Notes under the pieces: model-generated
The model's database searches: none
Told to the model about the DNA's origin: nothing
Seen by the model: the letters and a program-made list of their open reading frames with translations, nothing else
Assembly (NCBI GenBank): GCA_051006215.1
Contig: JBPCIO010000005.1
Location: 10,092-74,091, forward strand
Direction of reading: 5' to 3'
From: Chloroflexota bacterium
GTDB taxonomy: Bacteria > Chloroflexota > UBA6077 > CF-72
DNA: 64,000 bases
Position numbers and translations under genes: made by a program
Shown here: positions 29,470 to 38,211 of the stretch, piece by piece
Position numbering within the stretch: the stretch's first letter is position 1
Layout of the letters: each line of letters begins with the position of its first letter

Positions 29470-29933
29470 GCCATCGCGCTGCCAGATGCCGACCTCGCCG
29501 CGATCGCCAACTGCGGCGACAATGAATTCACCCGACTGATCGACCCGTCACCAGCGCCGACGCCCTGATCCTCGACGACGAGGCCGTAGCCCCCTCCGGT
29601 TGGTCCACCTACTTTCTGAAACGTGCCGCTCACAATCACGTCTCGCGGCACCTCGGCCAGTGGTGAGCGCACAGCAACGAAGTCGCCCGGCCGTGTGGCA
29701 GCTAAGCGGTAGCCGTCTGCCGACACCCATGCGCCGCGACGTTGGTCATCCGGCCAACCGTGCGCAAACCCTCCATCCAACAGCATTCGTGGTGCGCCCC
29801 GCGGGATCGGCGTGGGAGCCAATCTGCCAGCTTCCTGACCGGCATTTCCAGGCGCCGCAGCCGGTGCCCGCGGGCCACACGCGGCAGCCCCCAACACCAC
29901 GCATGCCAACACGGCCGCCAGACCCCTGTGCAC
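29466..29933 (-). CDS. Lipoprotein signal peptide plus the N-terminal part of a DUF1080/LamG-like domain. It is the probable 5' half of a frameshifted gene
   Basis: Carries a lipobox signal (MHRGLAAVLACVVLGAAAC). It reads coherently up to about GYGLVVEDQGVGAGDG, then has a low-complexity tail. Confidence 0.45.
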   Translation of the reverse strand: MHRGLAAVLACVVLGAAACGPRAPAAAPGNAGQEAGRLAPTPIPRGAPRMLLDGGFAHGWPDDQRRGAWVSADGYRLAATRPGDFVAVRSPLAEVPRDVIVSGTFQKVGGPTGGGYGLVVEDQGVGAGDGSISRVNSLSPQLAIAARSASGSAMA

Positions 29934-30055
29934 TACATGCCTCCAACCCAGACTGTGTTGATCGGGTCAGTTCGAGCGAATAAACCACTGTAGTTGCCGC
30001 ATCGATAGAAGTACAGATGTGGTAGTGAAAGCGCAACTTGGACGCAATCTCTGGC

Positions 30056-31540
30056 TCAGGCGCGAGGTCGGTACAGCCAGAAGCCGGCCCGCTGCCCGGC
30101 GGGAGCATAGCTTGCACGCAGCGTGTCTCGGAGAGCGGGTGTCCAGCGGGTGCCTTCGACTGGTCCGTCTAGCGGGTGCATAAGCGCGACCAGCTCGAAC
30201 CGGCGCGCAGCGATGGCGGCCAGGATCGGTTGTTCTGACCATTGGCCCTCGGCGCTCAAGAGTTGAAAGATCTGGAATTCGAACTCTATGCGCTTGCCCG
30301 CGGCGACGGCCAGCCCGGAATTATCCGTGAGCAGGGCACCGCTGTCCCGGGCGATCTCGTCTACGAAGCCAGCGTCGACCCGCAGCGGGGCCGAGCCGCC
30401 GTCCCCGACCAGCGACAAGTAACGTGGCGTCGACGGGTGCAGGAGCTCAGCCCCGTTCGTCGCGGCCTCTACCGCGAGGGCCTGATAGCCCGGCACCGCT
30501 ACGAACAGCGAGCCAGCTACGACCACTGGCGCGACGAGGCGTGCCCTGGGCCAGGCAGCCAACCGATAGCTCCCCAGGGCCAGCAAGACGGCGGTCGCAG
30601 CGCTCAGCTCAAGCCAATAGTTGGACGACGCACCGAGCTTGGCCAGGCTGGGCAAGCTCGCCAGACAGGCAACGAAGTACATGCGCCACATGCGCTCACC
30701 GGGCGCGGTCGGTAGCCCGAACGACGCCAACGCTGCCAGCACGGCCAGCCCGTTGTACTGCAGAAAGCTGCCCATCAGGGCTGCGAACGTGACCATATCC
30801 GGCTCGTTGCCATTCGCGGCCACCGTGTGCCACAGGAACCAGCCGTGAGTGAGCCACTGCGCGACGCCAACTCCCACGACTCCTCCACCCCCGACAATGG
30901 TGAAGAACCGAACGAGCTTCGCCCTACACGGCCAGATGGTCAGCCCAACCGCTAGCGGCGCGGCGAAGTAGGTCTGCTTGGTCGACAAGGCCAGTAACAA
31001 GAGCACGCCAGCCAGCGACGACCGGCCGGTCGTCGCGAACGCCAGGCCGCACAGCGTCAGGCTAAGTGCCAGCGCGTCGACGCGGTGTAGCGGTGCCCAG
31101 AGTAGCGCGGTCATGTTCTGGGTCAAGAAAAAGCCGGCCGCCAGCGCACCCACCGACCAGCGCCCCGTCAACCGCTTGAGGCTCCACGCCATGGCCGTGA
31201 CGCCCACGAGAGTGGCCACGAGGGAAATGGCGCGGCCGACGGTATAGCCGCTGTCGCCGACGACCCGCTGCAGCACGCCGACGACGACGTAATACAGTGG
31301 GGTGTAGGCAATGTGCATGATTGGGAGCTGATCGGGTGGGGAGTACAACCCCTCGCCATGAGCAACTCTGCGCGCGCCATCCAGAAGCCAGGACTCGCCG
31401 TATGTGAATTCCTCGGCCGGACTGACCAGGCGGCCAGCAGCGCTCAACACGAAGAGCGCTAGATACAGGGCCATGACTCCTGCCACGAGCGCCCACAGAG
31501 TGGCAGCCGCGGCCGCCTGCCGACGGTGCTCAGAACCCAT
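30056..31540 (-). CDS. GT39/GT83-like (ArnT/PMT-like) polytopic membrane glycosyltransferase
   Basis: 494 aa with about 11 TM helices. The N-terminal loop motif (EEFTYGESWLLDGARRVAHGEGLY) is reminiscent of the PMT_2 family. Confidence 0.55.
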   Translation of the reverse strand: MGSEHRRQAAAAATLWALVAGVMALYLALFVLSAAGRLVSPAEEFTYGESWLLDGARRVAHGEGLYSPPDQLPIMHIAYTPLYYVVVGVLQRVVGDSGYTVGRAISLVATLVGVTAMAWSLKRLTGRWSVGALAAGFFLTQNMTALLWAPLHRVDALALSLTLCGLAFATTGRSSLAGVLLLLALSTKQTYFAAPLAVGLTIWPCRAKLVRFFTIVGGGGVVGVGVAQWLTHGWFLWHTVAANGNEPDMVTFAALMGSFLQYNGLAVLAALASFGLPTAPGERMWRMYFVACLASLPSLAKLGASSNYWLELSAATAVLLALGSYRLAAWPRARLVAPVVVAGSLFVAVPGYQALAVEAATNGAELLHPSTPRYLSLVGDGGSAPLRVDAGFVDEIARDSGALLTDNSGLAVAAGKRIEFEFQIFQLLSAEGQWSEQPILAAIAARRFELVALMHPLDGPVEGTRWTPALRDTLRASYAPAGQRAGFWLYRPRA

Positions 31541-31594
31541 CCAACGCCGACGGATCGTACCTGAGGCCGGCGACGTTACACTGCCTGGACACTC

Positions 31595-32674
31595 ATGGCA
31601 GTCACCCTTCCGTACGCGCCAACACGCGACGCGGACGTCGCGCTACGAACCGACTTCCGCAGCGACACCCTGACCCAGCCGACGCCGGCGATGCGCGAAG
31701 CGATGAAATCCGCGCAGGTCGGCGACGACGTGTTCGGCGAGGACCCCAGTATCAATGCGCTAGAGGCGGAGGCTGCGCGCCTTTTCGCCAAGGACGCCGG
31801 ACTGTTCGTGACCAGCGGCACCCAGGGCAATCTGCTGGCATTGCTCAGTCTGACGCAACCGGGCGACGAATTCATCGCCGAAAGCAGTTCGCATATGGCC
31901 AACTCTGAAGTCGGCGGAGCGGCTCGGCTTGGGGGGCTGACGTTGCGTCCGGTAGTCGGACACCTAGGCACGATCACCTCTCAGCAGGTCGAGGTTACGG
32001 TCAGGCCCGAAAATGTTCACTACGCCCGTACCACGCTGCTCACGATCGAGAACACCCACAACGCCGCCGGCGGAACGGTCCTCAGACCCGAGGAGATGGA
32101 TGACCTAGCAGCAACCGCACGCGAACGAGGCCTGAAGGTGCACGTCGACGGAGCGCGGATCTTCAATGCGGCCGTCGCGCTGGGCGTCGATCCGTCGGCC
32201 CTGGCCTGCAGTGCAGACACGCTGACGTTCTGCCTTTCCAAGGGCTTGTCAGCGCCGGTGGGCTCCGTGCTCGTCGGTCCGTCAGCCGTGATCGGCGAAG
32301 CCCGCCGCTATCGAAAAATGGTCGGCGGCGGGATGCGTCAGGCCGGCGTCCTGGCGGCGGCTGGACTGATAGCGCTGCGCGAGGGCGTAGCCCGTCTGAT
32401 CGAGGACCATCGCCGCGCCCGCAGCCTGGCTGAAGAATTGGCGCGTGTCCCGGGGCTGACCATCGACCTGGCGACGGTCCAGACCAACATCGTGCGTTTC
32501 GACGTCAGCCTGCTCGGGTACACCACGGCCTCGTTTGCCGAGGCGCTCAGGCGCCAGGGTGTCAGTGTTTCGGGAGGCGCGGCCCCAGGCGGCGTGCGGA
32601 TGGTCGTGCATCGCCACATCGACGACGCAGCCGTGGAACAAGCGTTGGCCGCCGTCCGCAAGCTGCGCCCCTGA
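31595..32674 (+). CDS. ltaE: Low-specificity L-threonine aldolase
   Basis: Belongs to the PLP beta-eliminating lyase family (RSDTLTQPTPAMREAM...DDVFGEDPSINALE; LSKGLSAPVGS contains the Lys). Confidence 0.85.
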   Translation: MAVTLPYAPTRDADVALRTDFRSDTLTQPTPAMREAMKSAQVGDDVFGEDPSINALEAEAARLFAKDAGLFVTSGTQGNLLALLSLTQPGDEFIAESSSHMANSEVGGAARLGGLTLRPVVGHLGTITSQQVEVTVRPENVHYARTTLLTIENTHNAAGGTVLRPEEMDDLAATARERGLKVHVDGARIFNAAVALGVDPSALACSADTLTFCLSKGLSAPVGSVLVGPSAVIGEARRYRKMVGGGMRQAGVLAAAGLIALREGVARLIEDHRRARSLAEELARVPGLTIDLATVQTNIVRFDVSLLGYTTASFAEALRRQGVSVSGGAAPGGVRMVVHRHIDDAAVEQALAAVRKLRP

Positions 32675-32685
32675 ACCCCGCGTCC

Positions 32686-33321
32686 CTGGTCCTGGCATCA
32701 GCCTCGCCGCGCCGGCAGGCGCTGATGGGGCTGCTCAACCTGGTATGGCGTTCGGCGCCGGCCGACATCGACGAAGCGCGGTACAATCTGCCTGACCCAT
32801 TCGTGGGCGCGTTGAACGTGGCCGCCGCAAAGGCGCGTGCGGTACGACTATCGGGCGCCGAGGTGATCATCGCAGCGGACACACTCGTCGTAGCCGACGG
32901 TGAGGTGCTAGGCAAACCGGCCGATGCTGACCACGCGCGTACCGTGTTGCGCCGCTTGCGTGGGCGAGCTCACGATGTGTTGACCGGCGTCGCCCTGCGC
33001 ACAGGGCAGGGGCGTTACTGGGGCGGGGTGGTCTCGACCCGAGTACGGATGCGCGCGTACGTCGACCGAGACATCGAGGACTACGTCCGGCGGGGTGAGC
33101 CGTTCGACAAAGCCGGCGGCTATGCGATCCAGGACACCGAGTTTCGGCCGGTCGAGAGCGTCGAGGGCTGCTACCTCAACGTGGTCGGGCTGCCCCTGTG
33201 CGCGGTCGCGAGCGGCCTGAAGGCGCTGGGGCTCGACATCACCCCTTTGCCAGACACCATTGCAACGTGCCGATACTGTGGCGTTGGCGCCGAGCTCGTC
33301 TCAGTTGGCTCCAGACGCTGA
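32686..33321 (+). CDS. maf: Maf-like nucleoside triphosphate pyrophosphatase
   Basis: The track ORF starts at ATG 32725, but the conserved N-terminal motif LVLASASPRRQALM lies in-frame upstream. The start is probably a non-ATG codon near 32686. The central DTVV/DG motif is present. Confidence 0.75.
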   Translation: MVLASASPRRQALMGLLNLVWRSAPADIDEARYNLPDPFVGALNVAAAKARAVRLSGAEVIIAADTLVVADGEVLGKPADADHARTVLRRLRGRAHDVLTGVALRTGQGRYWGGVVSTRVRMRAYVDRDIEDYVRRGEPFDKAGGYAIQDTEFRPVESVEGCYLNVVGLPLCAVASGLKALGLDITPLPDTIATCRYCGVGAELVSVGSRR

Positions 33322-33816
33322 GCCGTCCTCGTGCTGGTACTGGCCAGCATAGCCAGCACTGGCCGGTTGGGTGAGCCGGAACAGCACCAGTTGCACAATT
33401 CGGGCGCCGCGCTCGAGCCGCACGCCGTGCGGAGTGGTCACCACCAACAGCCCTTCGGCTCGGCCGGCATAACCGGCGTCCCAGACCGCGGTGGGCACAT
33501 GACACCCCATCCGCAGCAGGCTCGAGCGGGGAAAACACAGGCCCCCGCAATCGAGCGGCAGCGACACCCGCTCCGCATAGCGGATACCGTACGTGCCCAT
33601 CTGCAGTTCGAGCCAGCCGCGGGCATCAAATTCGAGCACCTCACGCGCTGGCAAGTGGCGATCGACGGCAGCGATGCCCAACGCTCCGACGCCGCCAAAA
33701 CGCCAGACACAGTCCAGCGACAGGTCCACGCCGTTGGGTTGCACGTGGGCCTGCTCGGCTGCGGCGCTCCGCAGTTCCACGATCTGCCGCCGTCGAATCT
33801 CGTCACCGGCGAGCAC
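33301..33816 (-). CDS. dcd: dCTP deaminase (dUTPase superfamily)
   Basis: 171 aa (VQPNGVDLSL..., a beta-clip dUTPase-like fold). Confidence 0.7.
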   Translation of the reverse strand: MLAGDEIRRRQIVELRSAAAEQAHVQPNGVDLSLDCVWRFGGVGALGIAAVDRHLPAREVLEFDARGWLELQMGTYGIRYAERVSLPLDCGGLCFPRSSLLRMGCHVPTAVWDAGYAGRAEGLLVVTTPHGVRLERGARIVQLVLFRLTQPASAGYAGQYQHEDGSASGAN

Positions 33817-33822
33817 CAGCGG

Positions 33823-34461
33823 CTAAGACGCGACTTTGGTTTTTTCGCTTGGCGGGTCCTCGCGCACCATGGCGCGCCAGACGTTGTCCGCCACCCGTCG
33901 CGCCACGACACTGCCGAGTGCCATGAACACTGACAGCAGCCCTGCCCAGACAAACTTCTTGATCACCGTCGACTGACCCCTTCTCGCCTTTTTCTTGAGC
34001 GGCTCCAAGCGCGCGTCGCTGACGCGTACATAACCGCCATCCTCGGGATCGAGTTTCAAGACCAGGCCGCGCTGCCAGGCGCTGCCGATCTGTCGCCGCG
34101 AGTCGTCGACGCCCTCGCCAAGGCGCTCGACGCGCCCAGACAACTCGTCACGGACGTTCCTGACGCCCCGCCTCAATCGATTCTGCGGCTTGCGTCGTTC
34201 GCGCAAGGTGTTGACCAGCGCATATGCGCCGTACGCTACGGCGCCAGTGACCACCACGCCGGCGACCCCCAGCAAGGTTGGATTGTCGCGGACGCGCTCG
34301 ACAACGTCTTCGCGGGCACGGGCACTGGTAACTCGCGCCTCGCCACTGGCCACCCCGCGCACACCCCGACGCACACGGCGCTCTATCTCGCCGACCGCAG
34401 CCGTCATGTCGCCGCGAAGGCGAGTTATTTCTCGCTCGGTGTCCGCAGGTGTCGCACCCAT
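33823..34461 (-). CDS. DUF3618-like protein with a C-terminal TM helix
   Basis: The start is taken at the internal MGATPADTEREITRLRGDM. The protein is coiled-coil-like and charged, with a C-terminal TM helix. Confidence 0.45.
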   Translation of the reverse strand: MGATPADTEREITRLRGDMTAAVGEIERRVRRGVRGVASGEARVTSARAREDVVERVRDNPTLLGVAGVVVTGAVAYGAYALVNTLRERRKPQNRLRRGVRNVRDELSGRVERLGEGVDDSRRQIGSAWQRGLVLKLDPEDGGYVRVSDARLEPLKKKARRGQSTVIKKFVWAGLLSVFMALGSVVARRVADNVWRAMVREDPPSEKTKVAS

Positions 34462-34976
34462 TCGAGATCCTCCTTGAGCGTTTCTCGCGTGCGAGGTAAT
34501 GGCGGCCAGATCGACGTGGCCCGGCTGATGCCCGGTCGAATGAACCGCTTGTAGGCGATGTAGGCAGCTACCACTGGTACCAGGACGCCCAGCAACCATC
34601 CGACCCACGCCAGTGACTGCGTGCCGAAAGGCGTCGGGAAGCTGATCTTGCCGAAGAGCCAGTTGAAGAACCAGATGAACGCAGTCCAGGCCCAGATCAC
34701 GAGCAAGAGCGCCGCCGCTATGGCGATGCCGGCCCCGATGGCGACGCGTTTGACGGCGCCGATAGCCTCGTCTTTGGCTTCGCCAACCTCCTGCTTGGCC
34801 AGCTCGATCTGCCGATCACCAAGATCGGACACATCGTTGATTAGCCGCCCAAGTAGCTCGGCGAATGTTGCCTGGGGGAGCGGTCCGCCGTGCGCGGGAT
34901 CGGGCCCAGCGCGAACATTCGATCCCACGTGTGTACCTCCTGAAAGATTGCAGCAGACAGGCACGCGGTGTGCCAA
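34425..34976 (-). CDS. Putative actinobacterial Holin-X (holin superfamily III; Phage_holin_3_6-like) membrane protein
   Basis: ...LAKQEVGEAKDEAIGAVKRVAIGAGIAIAAALLLVIWAWTAF...LGVLVPVVAAYIAYKRF matches the Holin-X topology. The start is uncertain. Confidence 0.5.
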   Translation of the reverse strand: MAHRVPVCCNLSGGTHVGSNVRAGPDPAHGGPLPQATFAELLGRLINDVSDLGDRQIELAKQEVGEAKDEAIGAVKRVAIGAGIAIAAALLLVIWAWTAFIWFFNWLFGKISFPTPFGTQSLAWVGWLLGVLVPVVAAYIAYKRFIRPGISRATSIWPPLPRTRETLKEDLEWVRHLRTPSEK

Positions 34977-34998
34977 CGCCAGTGTATCGGCTGACGCT

Positions 34999-35781
34999 TC
35001 AGAGCGGTTTGGCGGTGACGATCAAACGCTCGGAGAACTCGCGCCGTGCCGGGTCAAACGTACCACCGCACGTGATCAAGGTGAGTGTTTCATCCTGGGT
35101 TGGGTCCATCACGGATGTGTCAGACGGGGGGACAAGTTTGACGTCGACCACCTGAAACAGGTGCTCCCGCCCTACCCCGTCCCACACCTGGATCTGATCG
35201 CCGTAATCAAGCTGGTACAGGAAGCGAAAGACATTGCCCTCGCTGAGCGTCACCACGTGGCCGGCGATGACCGCGTTTCCGGGCGCCCCAATCCTGGAGG
35301 TGAGGTCACCGTAGTGGACGGCGACAAACGGCAAGGTCTCCCAGACAGGGTCACCGTTCGCGTCGTCGACGATACCGCCCTGCTCGACCACGGTATCCAC
35401 TCTGATGGACGGAATCGCCAGCCGGACGGCATAGCCGACGCCTGACGTGCGAATGGCCTGGACGCGATCAGAAGCGTCGGCCGCGGCCAACGGCTAGCCG
35501 ACGAGCTGGGGTGCGGGCGCGTCGCTCGGCTCCGCCGCTCGGGTTGGGGTAGGCATGGCTGTGACCACGGGCGCGACGGGCACCGCGGTGGCTCCAGCAA
35601 ACGCCATTGGCGTGGTTGGCACCGAGCCCGAAACCTCGCCCGAGCCAACTCCCGCACGCTCGAGCGCGACCGGTGCCGGCAACGTGACCCGGCTGCCTGG
35701 TGCGAGCCCAAGCTGCCACAGGCTGCCGTATGCAATCGCACATAGCCCGACAGCCACCAACAGCGTTCCGAGTCGAGCCAT
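34999..35781 (-). pseudogene. Sortase (class E/F-like) interrupted by an in-frame TAG between the N-terminal TM anchor and the catalytic domain
   Basis: The upstream ORF 35494..35781 encodes the signal anchor MARLGTLLVAVGLCAIAYGSLW and a Pro/Ala linker ending ...PQLVG-TAG. The same frame then continues PLAAADASD... into the sortase domain, with the His (VAVHYGD) and Cys (TLITCGG) catalytic motifs. The stop lies inside the palindrome CGGCTAGCCG at 35491..35500. Confidence 0.6.
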
Positions 35782-35794
35782 AGCGCTGAATCGT

Positions 35795-36379
35795 TTACGA
35801 AGCCGAGGCCCCGGTGGATGCAGCGGGCGGCACGGTCGCTCCGTCCGCGTGGGTGAGTTTTTGTCCGAAGCGCTTGCGCAGCGCCGCCTCGACAGGTGGG
35901 GATACCGAGCCCTCGACGATCATGCCGCCCAGCGTCGCCGTCTCGCGCACAAAGCTGCTGGAGAGATAGACATACTTCGCGCTGGCAAAGAGCAGCACCG
36001 TCGGCAACCGAGGCGCGAGCGCCTGGTTCATCAGCGCTAGCCCGATCTCGTGGTCGGCGTCAGCGTAGGGGCGCATGCCGCGGACGAGAGCGCAGGCGCC
36101 CAGGCTCTCGGCGTACGCCGCCGTCAGCCCGTGAAATGCAGCGATGCGCACCCGAGCGCGCATAGCGGCTGTTAGCGAGGCCTCGATCATCTCGACCCGC
36201 TCCCGTGGCGAAAACAGAGCGCCTTCCTTGTTGGGATTAAAGGACACGACCACGACCAGCTCGTCGAAGATGCGCAGCGCGCTCTCGATGATTTCGAGGT
36301 GGGCCATCGTGGGCGGGTCAAAGACGCCCGCGTACACCGCCAGACGCGGAGTCCGATCGGACGCGGATAACTCGGACAT
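35795..36379 (-). CDS. coaD: Phosphopantetheine adenylyltransferase
   Basis: LAVYAGVFDPPTMAHLEII carries the (T/H)xGH nucleotidyltransferase motif. There is a C-terminal extension of about 30 aa. Confidence 0.85.
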   Translation of the reverse strand: MSELSASDRTPRLAVYAGVFDPPTMAHLEIIESALRIFDELVVVVSFNPNKEGALFSPRERVEMIEASLTAAMRARVRIAAFHGLTAAYAESLGACALVRGMRPYADADHEIGLALMNQALAPRLPTVLLFASAKYVYLSSSFVRETATLGGMIVEGSVSPPVEAALRKRFGQKLTHADGATVPPAASTGASAS

Positions 36380-36545
36380 GCTTGTTATCTCCTCACCCCG
36401 CCAGGAGTCCTCCGGGTTGTCTCAACGCTACTCTGACAGGCGGTTCGTTGCCCGGCTTCGAAGCGCAAACTTATACTGCCCGCCGCACACTACAGTTGTG
36501 TACGAGCATGAATTTCAACACAACTCGACCCGACGGTGACTGCGC

Positions 36546-37502
36546 GTGATTCGCGTCGAACACCTGACCAAGAACTATGGATCCCGGGTAGCCGTCGCAG
36601 ACGTCACCTTCGACGTCGGTCAGGGCGAGGTGTTGGGTTTCCTGGGGCCGAACGGTGCAGGCAAGACCACCACCATGCGCATCCTGACCGGGTATTTGCC
36701 GCCTTCGGGCGGTCGAGCCGAGGTGGAGGGCCTCGACGTCGCCACGCAGTCGCTTCAGGCGCGCGCCAAGATTGGCTACCTGCCCGAGACCGTGCCGCTG
36801 TACCCCGACATGAGCGTGCGTTCGTACCTCGACTTCATGGGCAAGATCAAGGCCGTCAAGGAGCGCAGGCGCGAAGTCGAGCGGGCGATGGACAAGGCTC
36901 GCATCGCTCACCGCGCTAACGATCAGATCGGCAAGTTGTCGAAAGGCCTGCGCCAGCGCGTAGGACTTGCCCAAGCGCTGCTCGGCGATCCGCCAGTGCT
37001 CCTTCTGGACGAACCGACCAGCGGCCTCGACCCCAAACAGATCATCGAGGTTCGCAACTTGATCAAGTCGCTGGGCGGCGAGCACACGATTATCTTGAGC
37101 ACCCACATCCTGCCCGAAGTAGCCGCCACCTGCTCGCGTATCGTGATCATTTCAAATGGCCGCGTCGTGGCTGAAGATACGCCCGAGAACCTGGACCGTC
37201 GCCTAAAGGGCGCCGAGAGCATCGCCCTCACCGTGCGCGGCCCGAATGACCAGGTCGCCAGCGTACTGAAGCGTGTCCCGCACGTCAGTAGCGTGCTGGT
37301 CGACACGAACGGCCGGGCGCCGGCGAATGGTCTGGCAGCGTTCACCGTTCAAAGTGCCGTAGGCGCCGACATTCGTGAAGCCCTTGCCAGTGCAGTCGTC
37401 AACAGCGGCTTCGGGCTGATCGAGCTCAAGCCGGCGCACCTCAGCCTTGAAGAGATCTTTCTGCAACTCACGACCAATGACACAGCCGAGGAAGAGTCGT
37501 GA
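36546..37502 (+). CDS. ABC transporter ATP-binding protein (ABC-2/GldA-like)
   Basis: Walker A GPNGAGKTT, signature LSKGLRQR, and Walker B LLLDEPTSGLD. Confidence 0.85.
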   Translation: MIRVEHLTKNYGSRVAVADVTFDVGQGEVLGFLGPNGAGKTTTMRILTGYLPPSGGRAEVEGLDVATQSLQARAKIGYLPETVPLYPDMSVRSYLDFMGKIKAVKERRREVERAMDKARIAHRANDQIGKLSKGLRQRVGLAQALLGDPPVLLLDEPTSGLDPKQIIEVRNLIKSLGGEHTIILSTHILPEVAATCSRIVIISNGRVVAEDTPENLDRRLKGAESIALTVRGPNDQVASVLKRVPHVSSVLVDTNGRAPANGLAAFTVQSAVGADIREALASAVVNSGFGLIELKPAHLSLEEIFLQLTTNDTAEEES

Positions 37503-38209
37503 GAAACGTCTGGGCGGTTGCCCAGCGCGAGTTGCGTAGCTACTTTCTGTCACCCTTGGCGTATGTGGTTATCGCACTCTTTTTGGCGTTGGCCGGCTAC
37601 TTGTTCGCGCTGATTCTCTCGAACGCCCGCGAGGCGTCGCTGCGTGGGCTGATCCAGAACGTCAGTGTGTTGTACCTGTTCATCGTGCCGGCTATCAGCA
37701 TGCGCCTATTGGCCGAGGAGCAGCGCACCGGCACGGTCGAGCTGCTGTTGACCAATCCGGTGCAGGAGTGGGAAATCGTCACGGGCAAATTCCTCGCCTC
37801 GATCATGCTGGTGCTGGTGATGCTTGCGTGCACGCTGTTATTTCCGCTGTTCCTGTTCATCTATGGCAGCCCCGATCGGGGGCCAATGATCACTGGCTAC
37901 CTCGGTATCTTTTTGCAGGCGGCGGCGTTCCTGTCGATCGGCTTATGGGCCTCCAGTCTGACGCAGAACCAGATTGTGGCGGCCATCGTGTCATTCGCCT
38001 TATTGCTTATCTTTTGGCTGAGTGACAACCTGGGTCAATTCCTGGGTGGCACCATCGGGCAGATTGTCAGCTACACGAGCGTGAACTCGCATTTCCAATC
38101 GTTTCCACAGGGTGTGATCCAGAGCAATGACGTGATTTATTACCTGACCCTGGTAATTGCTGGAATTGTGCTGAGCACACTCTCGCTACAGTCCAGGAGG
38201 TATCGCTAG
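37499..38209 (+). CDS. ABC-2 family transporter permease (GldF-like)
   Basis: 236 aa with 6 TM helices. It overlaps the ATPase stop by 4 nt. Confidence 0.75.
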   Translation: MRNVWAVAQRELRSYFLSPLAYVVIALFLALAGYLFALILSNAREASLRGLIQNVSVLYLFIVPAISMRLLAEEQRTGTVELLLTNPVQEWEIVTGKFLASIMLVLVMLACTLLFPLFLFIYGSPDRGPMITGYLGIFLQAAAFLSIGLWASSLTQNQIVAAIVSFALLLIFWLSDNLGQFLGGTIGQIVSYTSVNSHFQSFPQGVIQSNDVIYYLTLVIAGIVLSTLSLQSRRYR

Positions 38210-38211
38210 CC

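Noticed and set aside
34425-34976. A 'holin' annotation as evidence of a prophage
   Set aside because: No endolysin, terminase, capsid or integrase genes are nearby. Holin-X family members are common non-phage chromosomal genes in high-GC Gram-positives.
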